A DNA stretch of 64,000 bases from an uncultured Actinomycetes bacterium. Lineage in GTDB: Bacteria > Actinomycetota > UBA4738 > HRBIN12. Each line of letters starts with the position of its first letter. Positions within the stretch are counted from its first letter, which is position 1. A program made the position numbers and the translations under genes. Positions 40,489-50,832 of this stretch are shown here, in pieces. The notes under the pieces are model-generated. The model was not told the DNA's origin. It worked only from the letters and a program-made list of their open reading frames with translations, and did no database searches. The stretch covers positions 149,830-213,829 of the forward strand of contig CAVQUN010000002.1 of the NCBI GenBank assembly GCA_963716935.1. Reading direction: 5' to 3'.

Positions 40489-41176
40489 GATGGGTTGCAA
40501 GCAGGTCGAAGAGCTGGCGCCGGAGCTGGCGCTCGACGTCGTCGGCGGCCAGGAGCGCGACGCCGCCCTCCGCCACGTGGCCGGGTGCGCGAGCTGCCGG
40601 CGGCTCGTGTCAGATCTCACGTCGGTGGGCGAGGACCTCCTGCTCCTCGCCCCGCCCCGGGACCCACCCGCGGGGTTCGAGGAGCGGGTGCTCGCGCGGG
40701 TCGTGGCGCCCCCGGCTCGCGAGCGAACGCCCCGGCGATGGCTGCGGGCCGCCGCGGCCATGGCGGCGGTCTTCCTCGCGGCGGCGATCGCGGCGGGATC
40801 GATGTACGTCGCGACGGCCGACGACCGGCGGCTGGCCGGGACGTACCGGGGACTGCTCGGGGAGGCGGGGGGCTCGTACTTCGCCGTCGCGACGCTCGAC
40901 GATGACGCAGGCCGCGTGGGGACGGTGTTCGGGTATCAGGGGAATCCATCGTGGATCTTCGTCAGCGTCCCGTCGGACGCCGCGCAGCGGTTCACCGTCC
41001 GTCTCGTGACCCGCGACGGCGACGTGATCGAGCTCGGCGACGCGACCCTCGGCGGAGCCGACTCGGGCTGGGGTCGGGCGATCCCGGTCCTGCTCTCGGA
41101 CGTGAGCGCCGTGCGGCTCTCGGGTCCCGACGGCGACCTGGTTGCGAGCTTCGGCGACGCGAACCCCTGGGACTAG
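40478..41176 (+). CDS. Zinc-finger anti-sigma factor (ZAS/RskA-like)
   Basis: C..........HVAGCASC (HxxxCxxC), TM segment, extracytoplasmic domain. Confidence 0.85.
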   Translation: MIDEMGCKQVEELAPELALDVVGGQERDAALRHVAGCASCRRLVSDLTSVGEDLLLLAPPRDPPAGFEERVLARVVAPPARERTPRRWLRAAAAMAAVFLAAAIAAGSMYVATADDRRLAGTYRGLLGEAGGSYFAVATLDDDAGRVGTVFGYQGNPSWIFVSVPSDAAQRFTVRLVTRDGDVIELGDATLGGADSGWGRAIPVLLSDVSAVRLSGPDGDLVASFGDANPWD

Positions 41177-41198
41177 GTTGCCGCTCGGCCGTCGCGGC

Positions 41199-42260
41199 TC
41201 AGGCTCCGAGGCGCTCCTCCGCCATACGGGTGCCCTCGATCCGCGCCCGGATCTTCTCGAACGCGACGTCGCGCGACGTCGACGTGTCGTCGGCGAAGGG
41301 GGCGAAGCCGCAGTCGTCGGTGGTGCCGAGCCGGGCCACGGGCAGGTGCTCCGCGGCCTCGAGGATCCGATCGCGAACCTCCTCCGCCGATTCCACTCGA
41401 GGGTCGATCGGATCGATCACGCCGACGAAGACTCGCTGGTTCGGGCGCAGGTTCTCGGCGATGATGTCGAGGACCCTGCCGCGGTCGCCCTCGCCGGCGA
41501 GCTCCACGTACACGTTGCCGACGCGCAGCTCGAAGAGCTCAGGCAGGAGTCCCGCGTAGTCGACGTCGGCGCTGTGGGTGGAGTCCCGATCGCCTCCCGG
41601 GCACGTGTGCACGCCGATCCGAGCCCGGTCGTCGTCCGAGAAGCGATTGAGCACCCGGTTGTTGAGCGCCACGAAGTCGCGAAGGAGCCCACCCGACGGA
41701 TCCAGCTTGAGCGAGAGCCGCCCCTCCGTGAAGTCGACCTGCACGCAGTGCGCACCCTTCCCCAGGCAACCCCGGATGTCGGCCTCGCACTCCTCGACGA
41801 GATCGTCGAGGAAGGCCTCTCGCGAGTACCCCTCGATCCCGTCCTGCGGGTAGATCAGGCCGAGCGCCGACGCGGCGATCACAGCCTGCTTCACCGGCAC
41901 GCGCGCGTACCGCATGGCGCGCTCGAGGTACGCGTCGGCGTGCCGGCCGAACCGAAAGGGTCCCGCGGAAAGCCGCGGAAGCTGCCGCGTGTGGCCGTCC
42001 GCGAACGGGATCACCACGCCGTCGGCCGAGAGGTTCTCGAGCCCTTCCAAGGGATAGGTGACGAAGCTCGACTTCGACTGCTCGCCGTCGGAGATCACGG
42101 GGGACCCCGTCGCCTGGAAGCGTTCGATCGTGTCGCGCACCGCCTCGTCCTGAAGGGCGCCGAGCTCCTCGAGCGAGATCTCGCCCGCGGCGTGCGCCCC
42201 CATGCCGTCGATCAGCTCCTGCGGCCTCGGGATGCTTCCGATGGGTTCGGTTGGGATCAT
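41199..42260 (-). CDS. Cobalamin-independent methionine synthase II family protein
   Basis: IGSIPRP, ISDGE, GVHTCPG (His/Cys zinc ligands), DDCGF; RBS GGAGG. Confidence 0.88.
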   Translation of the reverse strand: MIPTEPIGSIPRPQELIDGMGAHAAGEISLEELGALQDEAVRDTIERFQATGSPVISDGEQSKSSFVTYPLEGLENLSADGVVIPFADGHTRQLPRLSAGPFRFGRHADAYLERAMRYARVPVKQAVIAASALGLIYPQDGIEGYSREAFLDDLVEECEADIRGCLGKGAHCVQVDFTEGRLSLKLDPSGGLLRDFVALNNRVLNRFSDDDRARIGVHTCPGGDRDSTHSADVDYAGLLPELFELRVGNVYVELAGEGDRGRVLDIIAENLRPNQRVFVGVIDPIDPRVESAEEVRDRILEAAEHLPVARLGTTDDCGFAPFADDTSTSRDVAFEKIRARIEGTRMAEERLGA

Positions 42261-42347
42261 TCTGGCCTCCTGGCGTCGGTGGTCGGACGTGAAATCGCGA
42301 GGGATTGTAGCGGGCCGTCTTCCGGAGACCCCGGATGATGCGACGGC

Positions 42348-44051
42348 GTGTACGATGCTGCTTCGCCAGCTCGGAGGGCCAGCAAGCTGAAGCGGAGCGC
42401 CGTCGACGAGTCGTCCCGCCCGCCGGCGGACCGGGTGGCAGTCGCCGAGCCCCCCGCCGGACCGGCCGGAGAGGTTGCCGCGCACAGCCTCCGGCTCGGC
42501 AAGAAGCGCTATCCGGTCGTGCTCCCCAGCATCCACGACCCGCGGTTGCACCTGGCGGCGGTCATCCTCTCGATCCACGTCCTCGGCCAGGTGGGGCTCG
42601 GGTTCCGCGTCTCGGTCGTGCAGATCCTCGTCGCGCTCCTCGCCGCCGCCGTGGTCGAGGTCGTCTGGACGTTCGCCCAATCGCGAGCGTTGGTGTGGCC
42701 CGCGAGCGCGCTCCTGACAGGAAGCGCCGTCGCGCTCATCCTGCGCGTGCTCGGAACGGAGAACGGCGACTACTGGAGCACGCGCGGCTGGTACATCTTC
42801 GCGATCGTCGCGGCGCTCGCCGTCGCGACGAAGTACGTGATCCGGTTTCGCGGCGCCCACGTCTTCAACCCGGCGAACGTGGCCCTCGTGGCGGCGTTCG
42901 TGCTCCTCGGGAGCACGCGGGTCGAGCCGCTCGACTTCTGGTGGGGGCCGCTCGACGTTTGGATGGTCGCGGCGTACGCGATCATCCTCACGGGCGGGAT
43001 CCTGATCACGCGGCGCCTGCATCTCCTGGCGATGTCGGCGGCCTTCTGGATCACGCTGACCGCGGCGATCGGCATCCTCGCGGCCTCGGGCCACTGCATG
43101 ATCGCCCGCTGGTCCTTCACGCCGGTCTGCGGCGCGCGGTTCTGGTGGATCATCGTGACCTCGCCCGAGATCCTGATCTTCCTGTTCTTCATGATCACCG
43201 ACCCGAAGACCGTGCCGAGCGGACGCGTAGCGCGGATCGCCTTCGGGGCCGCCATCGCCGTCGTGAGCACGCTCCTGATCGCGCCGCAGACGACCGAGTT
43301 CGGGGCGAAGGTGGGACTCCTGGCCGGGCTGGTCGTCCTCTGCGTGGCGCGCCTGCCCTTCCGCCGTCTCCTGCCCGCGCCGGACTCCGAGCTCGACCGG
43401 TTCGGGACGTTCGTCGGACGGCTCGCCGAGGAGGACGGACGCGTTGTCGCGCCCCGGTGGGCCGTCGCGAGGGGAGCGGTCCTCGGCGCCGTGACGGTGA
43501 TCCTGTCGACCGCGATCGTCGCGGCCGGCGCGCCGGCGCGGGAGACTTTCGATCGGGCCTCGGTGTCGCCGGAGCCGGTCGTCGAGATCGATCCCGCCAC
43601 CCTGCCGCCCGTTACCGTCGACGCCGAGGTCGTGGCGGCGCTGCCCGATCTGGCGGGCGACGGCGCCACCGAGGTGGCCGTCGAGCTCGCGGAGGACCTC
43701 GAGATCGAGACGCGCGGCCTGCTCGGGGTGGATAAGGAGACGCTGCTGGATGCCGACGCCGGCGCCCGGTTGGCGCAGATGCAGGGCCGGATCGACGACG
43801 CCATAGCGACGGGGGAGGTCACGGTCCGGCACTACACGTTCGACTCGTTGCGGCTGTCCGGTCTCGTCCTGGCTACGGGCCAGAGCAGCCTCTCCCTCGG
43901 GCTCGATGCCCGCGGGACGGTGGAGCGGGTCACGTTCGACGCCGGTGGCAACGAGATCGACCGCTCGAGCGCGCCCTTCTCGACGACCTTCGTGTTGAGC
44001 CAGCCGACAGGCAGCCGCTGGCTGATCGTGCAGACACAGCCGCTGGACTGA
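42348..44051 (+). CDS. RnfD/NqrB (UnbU-like) integral membrane protein with a C-terminal extracytoplasmic domain
   Basis: DPRLH, SALLTG, TKYVIR...HVFNPAN and FFMITDPKT motifs; start uncertain. Confidence 0.75.
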   Translation: MYDAASPARRASKLKRSAVDESSRPPADRVAVAEPPAGPAGEVAAHSLRLGKKRYPVVLPSIHDPRLHLAAVILSIHVLGQVGLGFRVSVVQILVALLAAAVVEVVWTFAQSRALVWPASALLTGSAVALILRVLGTENGDYWSTRGWYIFAIVAALAVATKYVIRFRGAHVFNPANVALVAAFVLLGSTRVEPLDFWWGPLDVWMVAAYAIILTGGILITRRLHLLAMSAAFWITLTAAIGILAASGHCMIARWSFTPVCGARFWWIIVTSPEILIFLFFMITDPKTVPSGRVARIAFGAAIAVVSTLLIAPQTTEFGAKVGLLAGLVVLCVARLPFRRLLPAPDSELDRFGTFVGRLAEEDGRVVAPRWAVARGAVLGAVTVILSTAIVAAGAPARETFDRASVSPEPVVEIDPATLPPVTVDAEVVAALPDLAGDGATEVAVELAEDLEIETRGLLGVDKETLLDADAGARLAQMQGRIDDAIATGEVTVRHYTFDSLRLSGLVLATGQSSLSLGLDARGTVERVTFDAGGNEIDRSSAPFSTTFVLSQPTGSRWLIVQTQPLD

Positions 44052-44067
44052 GCGCGACCGCCGAGCC

Positions 44068-44862
44068 TTAATGGAGCTCGGCGAGGTCCCTCTGAGTCAC
44101 CTCGCCGGGCTTCTTCCCGAGGATGATCATCGCCAGGACCTCGTCCGTGGTCACCTCGGCCTTGTTGACGGTGCCGACCAGCTTGCCCTGGAGCATGACG
44201 CTGATTCGGTCCGACAGATCGAACACGTCGTGGATGTCGTGGCTGATCAGGAAGATCCCGATCCCCTCGGCCTTCAGCTGTCGGATCAGGTCGCGCACCT
44301 GCGACGTCTCGGCGGGTCCGAGCGCCGCCGTCGGCTCGTCCATGATCAGGATCCGCGCGTTGAAGTGGACCGCGCGAGCGATCGCGACCGACTGACGCTG
44401 TCCACCGGACAGGGACTGCACCGACGCCACGAAGTTCTGGAACTTCGGGTTCAGCCGGCCCATCAGCTTGCGCGTCGCGTCCTCCATCGCGCTGCTGTCG
44501 AGGTTGCCGAACCGCGTCGTGATCTCGCGCCCGAGGAACACGTTGCCGGGCGCATCGATGTTGTCCGCGAGCGCCAGCGTCTGATAGATCGTCTCGACCC
44601 CGAGGTTCTTCGCGTCCCTCGGATCGGTGATCGTCACGGGCACGCCGTCGATCCGGATCTCGCCCGAATCCGCCTTGTGCGCCCCCGAGAGCGTGCGGAT
44701 CAGGGTGGTCTTCCCGGCCCCGTTCCCGCCGACGAGCCCGACGACCTCGCCGGGGTACAGGTCGATGCTGACGTCGTCGACCGCGTGGACGCCGCCGAAG
44801 GCGACACGGATGTTCCGCATCTCGGCGAGCGGCGAGGCCGCCTCCGGAGCGACTGCGCTCAT
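44068..44862 (-). CDS. xylG: Sugar (xylose) ABC transporter ATP-binding protein
   Basis: [23 protein letters not shown]; single ATPase domain. Confidence 0.85.
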   Translation of the reverse strand: MSAVAPEAASPLAEMRNIRVAFGGVHAVDDVSIDLYPGEVVGLVGGNGAGKTTLIRTLSGAHKADSGEIRIDGVPVTITDPRDAKNLGVETIYQTLALADNIDAPGNVFLGREITTRFGNLDSSAMEDATRKLMGRLNPKFQNFVASVQSLSGGQRQSVAIARAVHFNARILIMDEPTAALGPAETSQVRDLIRQLKAEGIGIFLISHDIHDVFDLSDRISVMLQGKLVGTVNKAEVTTDEVLAMIILGKKPGEVTQRDLAELH

Positions 44863-46178
44863 CTCGCCGACCTCCTGCGCACGATCGTGTCCAGCGCGAC
44901 CGCGATGACCAGGACGATCCCGACGACGATGTCCTGCAGCGGCGCCTCGATCCCCATGAGGACCATCCCCGACACGAGCGACTGCATCACGAGGGCGCCG
45001 AGCACCGCGCCCGTGATCGTGCCGATCCCACCCGCGAACGAGGTCCCACCGATCACCGCGGCGGCGATCACGTTGAGCTCCATCCCGGTCCCCAGGCTGC
45101 TCACGGCCGCGTTCAGCCGCGCGATCTGCACCGCGCCGGCCAGCCCGACCAGGAGGCCCATCAGCGCGAACGTCTTGACGATCGTCCGCTTCGTCTTGAT
45201 GCCCGCCAGCTCGGCCGCCTCCGGGTTGCCTCCGATCCCGTAGACGTATCGCCCGAACCGACGCCGGTTGGCGATGAACGTCATCACGACCGTCACGCCG
45301 AGCACGATCAGGACGGGGACAGCCAGGCCGAGCGAGATGTTGGTGCCGGGGGGCGCACCTCGCTGCTCGGCGAGCCCGGGCGGCAGGTAGTAGCGGTTCA
45401 GGTACCAGATCGCGAGCAGCACGGCGCCGCACGAAACGACGCCGAGCGTGATCTCCGCCCACATCGGGCGGAGCCGGAACCCGTACCGCGCGCGTTGTCG
45501 GCGCCGAACGACCTGCAGCATCACGATCCCGACGCAGACGAGGATGCCCACGATCCAACTCCAGGTGCCGCCGATCGTCCCTTCCGCGCCGCCCCCGAGC
45601 CGCCGGAAGAGCGTGTCCATCGGCGCGATCGTCTGGCCGCTCGCGATCCACCAGGCCACCCCGCGCCAGACGAGGAAGCCGCCGAGCGTCACGATGAACG
45701 AGGGCACGCCCACGTACGCAACGATCGAGCCCTGGAACGCGCCGATCGCGGCTCCGAGGATCAGTCCCACGACGACCGCGATCACCCACGTCACAGGGCG
45801 GTCGAACCCGATCAAGTCGGGGAGCCAGTCGTGTTGGAGGACGGCCATCACCATCCCGACGGCGGCCATGACTGCCCCCACGGAGAGGTCGATGTTGCGC
45901 GTGACGATGATCAGCACCATCCCGGTGGCCATGATCGCCACGACCGAGGTCTGCACCGAGAGGTTCCACAGGTTCCGAGGGGTCAGGAACGTATGGCCCG
46001 GCGTGATGACCTGGAACACGACCCAGATGATCGCCAGGGCGCCGAGCATCCCCGCGAGGCGGGCATCGATCTCGGCCGACCGCAGCGCCGAGCGGATCGA
46101 GCGGGGTTCGCGTTCCTCCCGCTCGGGAACCTGAGCCTCCGGCAACGGCCCGGCTGCGGAAACCTGGGTCTCAGCCAC
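44859..46178 (-). CDS. xylH: Xylose ABC transporter permease
   Basis: [38 protein letters not shown]. Confidence 0.88.
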   Translation of the reverse strand: MAETQVSAAGPLPEAQVPEREEREPRSIRSALRSAEIDARLAGMLGALAIIWVVFQVITPGHTFLTPRNLWNLSVQTSVVAIMATGMVLIIVTRNIDLSVGAVMAAVGMVMAVLQHDWLPDLIGFDRPVTWVIAVVVGLILGAAIGAFQGSIVAYVGVPSFIVTLGGFLVWRGVAWWIASGQTIAPMDTLFRRLGGGAEGTIGGTWSWIVGILVCVGIVMLQVVRRRQRARYGFRLRPMWAEITLGVVSCGAVLLAIWYLNRYYLPPGLAEQRGAPPGTNISLGLAVPVLIVLGVTVVMTFIANRRRFGRYVYGIGGNPEAAELAGIKTKRTIVKTFALMGLLVGLAGAVQIARLNAAVSSLGTGMELNVIAAAVIGGTSFAGGIGTITGAVLGALVMQSLVSGMVLMGIEAPLQDIVVGIVLVIAVALDTIVRRRSAR

Positions 46179-46201
46179 GCGTGTGCATCCTACGCCGACC
46201 G

Positions 46202-46245
46202 GGACCGGCGCTTCGCACGGGATCGCCCGTGCGAAGCGCCGGTCC
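46202..46245. terminator. 20-bp intercistronic hairpin after the binding-protein gene
   Basis: GGACCGGCGCTTCGCACGGG-atcg-CCCGTGCGAAGCGCCGGTCC. Confidence 0.75.
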
Positions 46246-46273
46246 AGCGGTCACGCGGATCGGTCAGGATCGG

Positions 46274-47371
46274 TCAGCCGCAGGCATCCACCGTGCCCGG
46301 GTCGACCCCCTGGCACAGCTCTTCCTGCGTGATCCAGCCGGCGTCGAGCACGATGTTGAGGTTGTCCGGCGTGATCGCCTGCGGCGTCAGCAGGATTGCG
46401 GTCATCGAGTTCCCGCCCGGTGAGTCGAACGCGACGGTCCCTGCGACGTCCGCGAGCGCCGTGCCGGTCGCGAGCGCGACCGCGGCCTCGCCGGCCGCCT
46501 TGCCGAGCTCCCGCGAGTCCTTCCACACGTCCACGGTCTGCGTGCCGAGCGCGACGCGGTTCAACGCCGCGGCGTCGCCGTCCTGTCCGGACACCGCCAC
46601 CTGGCCCGCCAGGCCCTGGGCCTCGAGCGCAGCCACGACGCCGCCGGCCATCCCGTCGTTCTCCGCGACGACCGCCTGCACGTCGTTGTTGTTCTCGGTC
46701 AGGAACTGTTCCATCTCGGTCTGCGCGAGCGCCGGGTCCCAGTTGTCGGTGTAGGTCTCGCCGACGTTCTTGATGTCACCCGCGTCCTCCGCGTCCTGCA
46801 GGACCTCCTGCTGGCCGCTCCGGAGGAAGTCCGCGTTCGCGTCGGCGGAGTTGCCCTTGATGTAGACGTAGTTCCCCTTCGGGACCTGCGCGAGCACCGC
46901 CTCCGCCTGCATGCGTCCGACCTCGACGTTGTCGAACGTGATGTACAGGGCGCCCGGGTCCTCGATCAGCCGGTCGTACGCGATCACCGGGATTCCCTGC
47001 TCGAGTGCGCTCTGCACCGCCGGCAGGATCGCCTCGCCGTCCTGGGCCAGGATGATCAGCGCGTCGGCACCCTGCGAGATCAGGTTCTCGACGTCGGTCA
47101 GCTGCTGCTCGGCCGACGATCCGGCGTCCGTCGAGATGTACTCGGCGCCGCCCGCTTGCAGGGCCTCCTGGATCGCGGGCTCGTCCCACTTCGCCCAGCG
47201 CTCCTCGTTGTAGTTGTTCCAGGAGACGCCGACAGTGATCGCTTCGCCGCCTCCCGTCGTTCCGGTGGTCCCACCGGTCGTTCCGGTCGTCCCACCGCCG
47301 TTGTCGTCGCTGCACGCGGCCAGCACGAACAGAGAGGCCGCGAGGACTACCCACAACTTCCGCTTCAACAC
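46274..47371 (-). CDS. xylF: D-xylose ABC transporter substrate-binding lipoprotein
   Basis: LAAC lipobox, EERWAKWD, IAYDRLI, FDNVEVG, VSGQDGD, TVDVWKD. Confidence 0.88.
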   Translation of the reverse strand: MLKRKLWVVLAASLFVLAACSDDNGGGTTGTTGGTTGTTGGGEAITVGVSWNNYNEERWAKWDEPAIQEALQAGGAEYISTDAGSSAEQQLTDVENLISQGADALIILAQDGEAILPAVQSALEQGIPVIAYDRLIEDPGALYITFDNVEVGRMQAEAVLAQVPKGNYVYIKGNSADANADFLRSGQQEVLQDAEDAGDIKNVGETYTDNWDPALAQTEMEQFLTENNNDVQAVVAENDGMAGGVVAALEAQGLAGQVAVSGQDGDAAALNRVALGTQTVDVWKDSRELGKAAGEAAVALATGTALADVAGTVAFDSPGGNSMTAILLTPQAITPDNLNIVLDAGWITQEELCQGVDPGTVDACG

Positions 47372-47410
47372 ATTCCCCCCCTTCCCGATGGCGACGTCCC
47401 AGCGACGCGC

Positions 47411-47468
47411 CACGCCTTCCTCACTACCCACGCCTTCCTCACTACCCACGCCTTTCCTCACTACCCAC
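47411..47468. repeat. 18-bp tandem repeat (3 copies) in the xylF leader
   Basis: CACGCCTTCCTCACTACC twice, plus a third copy with one extra T. Confidence 0.85.
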
Positions 47469-47776
47469 CACCACATACGACCCGTCACGCCCCGCGGGTT
47501 TGCACGCAGACACCGTCGACGGCGCCCTTCGACGAACCCCGCTCCTTCGTCTGACCGCCGAGGCGCAGAAACGATGGCACAATTCCTCTGAGTGCGCAAC
47601 AAACCCTTGCGCCACTCGCGCCATGCAAACGCCCCAGGTGTCGTCGCGCGTCTTGCGTCCGTTCCGTGCGCTCGGATACCCTGCGTCGCGGGTGGGGGGA
47701 TCGTTGCTTCGCCGGCCGTGATTCCCGGTCGTCGCTCGCCCACCCGTGCATGGCGAGGTCCACGGCGGTGCATACG

Positions 47777-49048
47777 ATGGAGTCCCCAACAAACGGTGGA
47801 GCGGGCGGCGGCGGCGGCGACCCGAGCTGGCGCCGCGGCGTCGCGGCCGACGAGCTTCGCCGTCACAACCTGAGCGCGGTGCTCGAACCGCTCCACCTGT
47901 CCGGACCGCTGTCTCGTTCCGAGCTCGCCGCGATGACCGGACTGAATCGCTCCACCATCGCGGACCTTCTCGCCGAGCTCGCGGCTCTCGGGCTGGTCGA
48001 GGAGCGCCCAGCCGCGGCAACGGGCCCCGGCCGACCATCGCCCGTGGTCCAGGTGCGGCCCGAGGGCGCGGTCGTGCTCGCGGTCGAGCTCGACGTCGAC
48101 TCGATCGCCGTGGCGACGGTCGGGCTCGGCGGCCAGGTGTACAACCGGCTCCGGGTCGCCCGACCCCGTCAGCGTTTCTCCCCGGCCGAGTCGGTCCAGG
48201 ACATCGCGAAGCTCGCCGGACCGCTGTTGGATTCGCTTCCCGCGAACCACGTGCTCGTCGGCGTGGGCGCCGGCGTCGCCGGCATCACGCGACGGTCCGA
48301 CGGGTTCGTGCACCTCGCTCCCAACCTCGGGTGGCGCGATGTTCCCCTCGCGGCGATGCTCGACGCCGAGCTCGGGCTGGGCGTCACCGTCCTTGCGGCG
48401 AACGAGGCCGACCTCGGCGCCCTGGCCGAGCATCGCCGGGTCAGCCCCGGGGTGGCCAACCTCATCTACCTCTCGGGTGAGGTCGGGATCGGCGCGGGGG
48501 TCATCGTGGACGGCAAGCCGCTGCTCGGGTCCGCGGGGTACGCCGGGGAGGCCGGGCACATGCTCGTCAACCCCGCGGGGCAGCGATGCCGATGCGGAGC
48601 GGTCGGCTGCTGGGAGACCGAGGCGGGCGAGTCGGCGCTCCTTCGGCTCGTCGGGGCGGGCGACGGATCCGCGGGCCTCGAGGACATCCTCACCCGCGCG
48701 AGATCCGGCGACGCCGCCGTGCACCAGGCCATCGCCGAGATCGGGCGCTGGCTCGGGCTCGGCATCGGCAACCTCATCAACCTGTTCAACCCCGATCTCG
48801 TGGTGCTCGGCGGCCTGTACCAACGCCTGTTCCCCCATCTCGAGGCCGCTGTGGTGGAGAGCGCCGGGCTGCGAACCCTCGATGCGCCCGGGGGGCTGGC
48901 GACGATCGCCCGCAGCGGCCTGGGGCAGGATGCGCCGCTCATCGGGGCCGGGGAGCTGGTCCTTTCGGGGGTGATCGCCGACCCCGCCGACACGGACGGC
49001 CGCCGCGTGAGCGGCCGCGCGCTTGCGGGCGGCGGGGTCGGGCCGTGA
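47777..49048 (+). CDS. ROK-family repressor (XylR-like)
   Basis: N-terminal HTH (SRSELAAMTGLNRSTI), GRP, NEADLGALAE, GEAGH, CRCGAVGCWE. Confidence 0.92.
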   Translation: MESPTNGGAGGGGGDPSWRRGVAADELRRHNLSAVLEPLHLSGPLSRSELAAMTGLNRSTIADLLAELAALGLVEERPAAATGPGRPSPVVQVRPEGAVVLAVELDVDSIAVATVGLGGQVYNRLRVARPRQRFSPAESVQDIAKLAGPLLDSLPANHVLVGVGAGVAGITRRSDGFVHLAPNLGWRDVPLAAMLDAELGLGVTVLAANEADLGALAEHRRVSPGVANLIYLSGEVGIGAGVIVDGKPLLGSAGYAGEAGHMLVNPAGQRCRCGAVGCWETEAGESALLRLVGAGDGSAGLEDILTRARSGDAAVHQAIAEIGRWLGLGIGNLINLFNPDLVVLGGLYQRLFPHLEAAVVESAGLRTLDAPGGLATIARSGLGQDAPLIGAGELVLSGVIADPADTDGRRVSGRALAGGGVGP

Positions 49049-49079
49049 GCTGTTGCGGCGCGCGCGCGACAATGTCGCG

Positions 49080-50813
49080 ATGACCACGACGCCCACACGG
49101 CCGGCGCCGGGTACCGAGTCCGCATCCCGTCCGGCTCCGGTCGATCCTCCCGCGCCCGGGCGTGGGTCGGCGATCGCGTGGCTAGTCGTCGGGGTCGTCG
49201 TCGGCGCGCTGGTCGCGCTCGGCGCCGTGATCGCGGTCGACGCGCTGCGGACTCGCGAGCGCGCGACCGCGATGGCCGCGCCGCACTACGTGGCGGAGGC
49301 GTCCGCGGCCGGCATCGACCACGTCTACGACGGCGACTTCACCTACTTCGTCGGGGGCGGCGTCGCCACGTTCGACTGCGACGCCGACGGCCGGCCCGAC
49401 CTGTACTTCGCCGGGGGTACGAACCCCGCGGCCCTGTACCGAAACCAGAGCACGGTCGGCGGCCCGCTGCGGTTCGCGCAGGTCGCGAGCCCGGTGACCG
49501 ACCTCCCGCGGGTCGTGGGCGCCTATCCGATCGACGTCGACGCCGACGGCATCGTCGACCTCGCCGTGCTCCGCGTGGGCGAGAACGTCCTGCTTCGCGG
49601 GCTCGGCAACTGCCGCTTCTCGCGCGCGAACGAGACGTGGGGGTTCGACGGCGGCGACGCGTGGACGGCGGCGTTCAGCGCCACCTGGGAGCCGGGGATG
49701 CCGCTCCCGACCCTGGCGTTCGGGAACTACCTCGACCGCGGCGATCCCGACCGGGCGACCTGCGCCGACAACGCGCTGGTGCGGCCGCTGCCGGACGGGA
49801 CGGGCTACGCGGCCCCCACGCCACTCACGCCCGGCTGGTGCACGCTCTCGATCCTGTTCAGCGACTGGGATCGGTCGGGCCGGGTCGACCTTCGGATGAC
49901 GAACGACCGCCACTACTACACCGACGGCGAGGAGCAGCTCTGGCGGGTGGCCGCGGGCGAGGCTCCGCGGCCGTACACGAGCGCGGAGGGGTGGCAGCAG
50001 CTCGAGATCTGGGGCATGGGCATCGCGAGCTACGACGTCACCGGCGACGGCCTGCCCGAGGTCTTCCTCACGAGCCAGGGCGACAACAAGCTGCAGACGC
50101 TCGTGGGCGGCGCCGCGCGGCCCGACTACACCGACATCGCCGCCGAGCGGGGCGTGACGGCCACCCGTCCGTACGAGGGCGACACCTCGTTGCCGTCGAC
50201 CGCGTGGCACGCCGAGTTCCAGGACGTCAACAACGACGGCTCCATCGACCTGTTCGTCTCGAAGGGCAACGTCGAGGCGCAGCCCGACTACGCGGCGAAG
50301 GACCCGAGCAACCTGCTGATCGGACAGGGCGACGGCACCTTCTCCGAAGGTGCCAAGGCCGCCGGGATCGTGAGCTTCGTCCGCGGTCGCGGCGCCGCCC
50401 TCGTGGACCTGAATCTCGACGGGCTCCTCGACCTCGTCCAGGTGAACCGGCGAGAGCCCGTGAGCGTATGGCGCAACGTCGGGTCGGGCGACGCCGACGC
50501 GCCGGCGCCGATGGGCAACTGGATCGCGGTGCGGCTCGAGCAGCCGGGACCCGACCGGGACGGGATCGGCTCCTGGATCGAGGTGCGAGTCGGCGACCGG
50601 ACGATCCAGCGCGAGGTGACGATCGGCGGCGGCCACGCGAGCGGGGAGCTCGGCTGGATCCACTTCGGGCTGGGCGATGCGACGGCCGCGGCGGTTCGCG
50701 TCCAGTGGCCGGACGGCGAGACCGGGCCGTGGCTCGAGCTGTCGGCGAACGGGTTCGCGACGATCGAGCGCGGCGCGACGACGCCCACGCCGTGGACCCC
50801 GCCGACGGGATGA
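49080..50813 (+). CDS. CRTAC1-family protein (FG-GAP repeats plus ASPIC/UnbV domain), membrane anchored
   Basis: Repeated DxD/NxDGxxDL motifs; C-terminal GNWIAVRL..GIGSWIEV..HFGLG..VQWPDG. Confidence 0.88.
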   Translation: MTTTPTRPAPGTESASRPAPVDPPAPGRGSAIAWLVVGVVVGALVALGAVIAVDALRTRERATAMAAPHYVAEASAAGIDHVYDGDFTYFVGGGVATFDCDADGRPDLYFAGGTNPAALYRNQSTVGGPLRFAQVASPVTDLPRVVGAYPIDVDADGIVDLAVLRVGENVLLRGLGNCRFSRANETWGFDGGDAWTAAFSATWEPGMPLPTLAFGNYLDRGDPDRATCADNALVRPLPDGTGYAAPTPLTPGWCTLSILFSDWDRSGRVDLRMTNDRHYYTDGEEQLWRVAAGEAPRPYTSAEGWQQLEIWGMGIASYDVTGDGLPEVFLTSQGDNKLQTLVGGAARPDYTDIAAERGVTATRPYEGDTSLPSTAWHAEFQDVNNDGSIDLFVSKGNVEAQPDYAAKDPSNLLIGQGDGTFSEGAKAAGIVSFVRGRGAALVDLNLDGLLDLVQVNRREPVSVWRNVGSGDADAPAPMGNWIAVRLEQPGPDRDGIGSWIEVRVGDRTIQREVTIGGGHASGELGWIHFGLGDATAAAVRVQWPDGETGPWLELSANGFATIERGATTPTPWTPPTG

Positions 50814-50832
50814 TCGCGCGCCGGGCGACGAG

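Noticed and set aside
42261-43832. N-terminal extension making an 877-aa MetE fusion
   Set aside because: The extension is the antisense shadow of the RnfD-like gene; an RBS and ATG at 42260 define the real start.
47411-47468. Repeat array considered as CRISPR
   Set aside because: The units are 18 bp, directly adjacent with no spacers, and there are no cas genes in the window.
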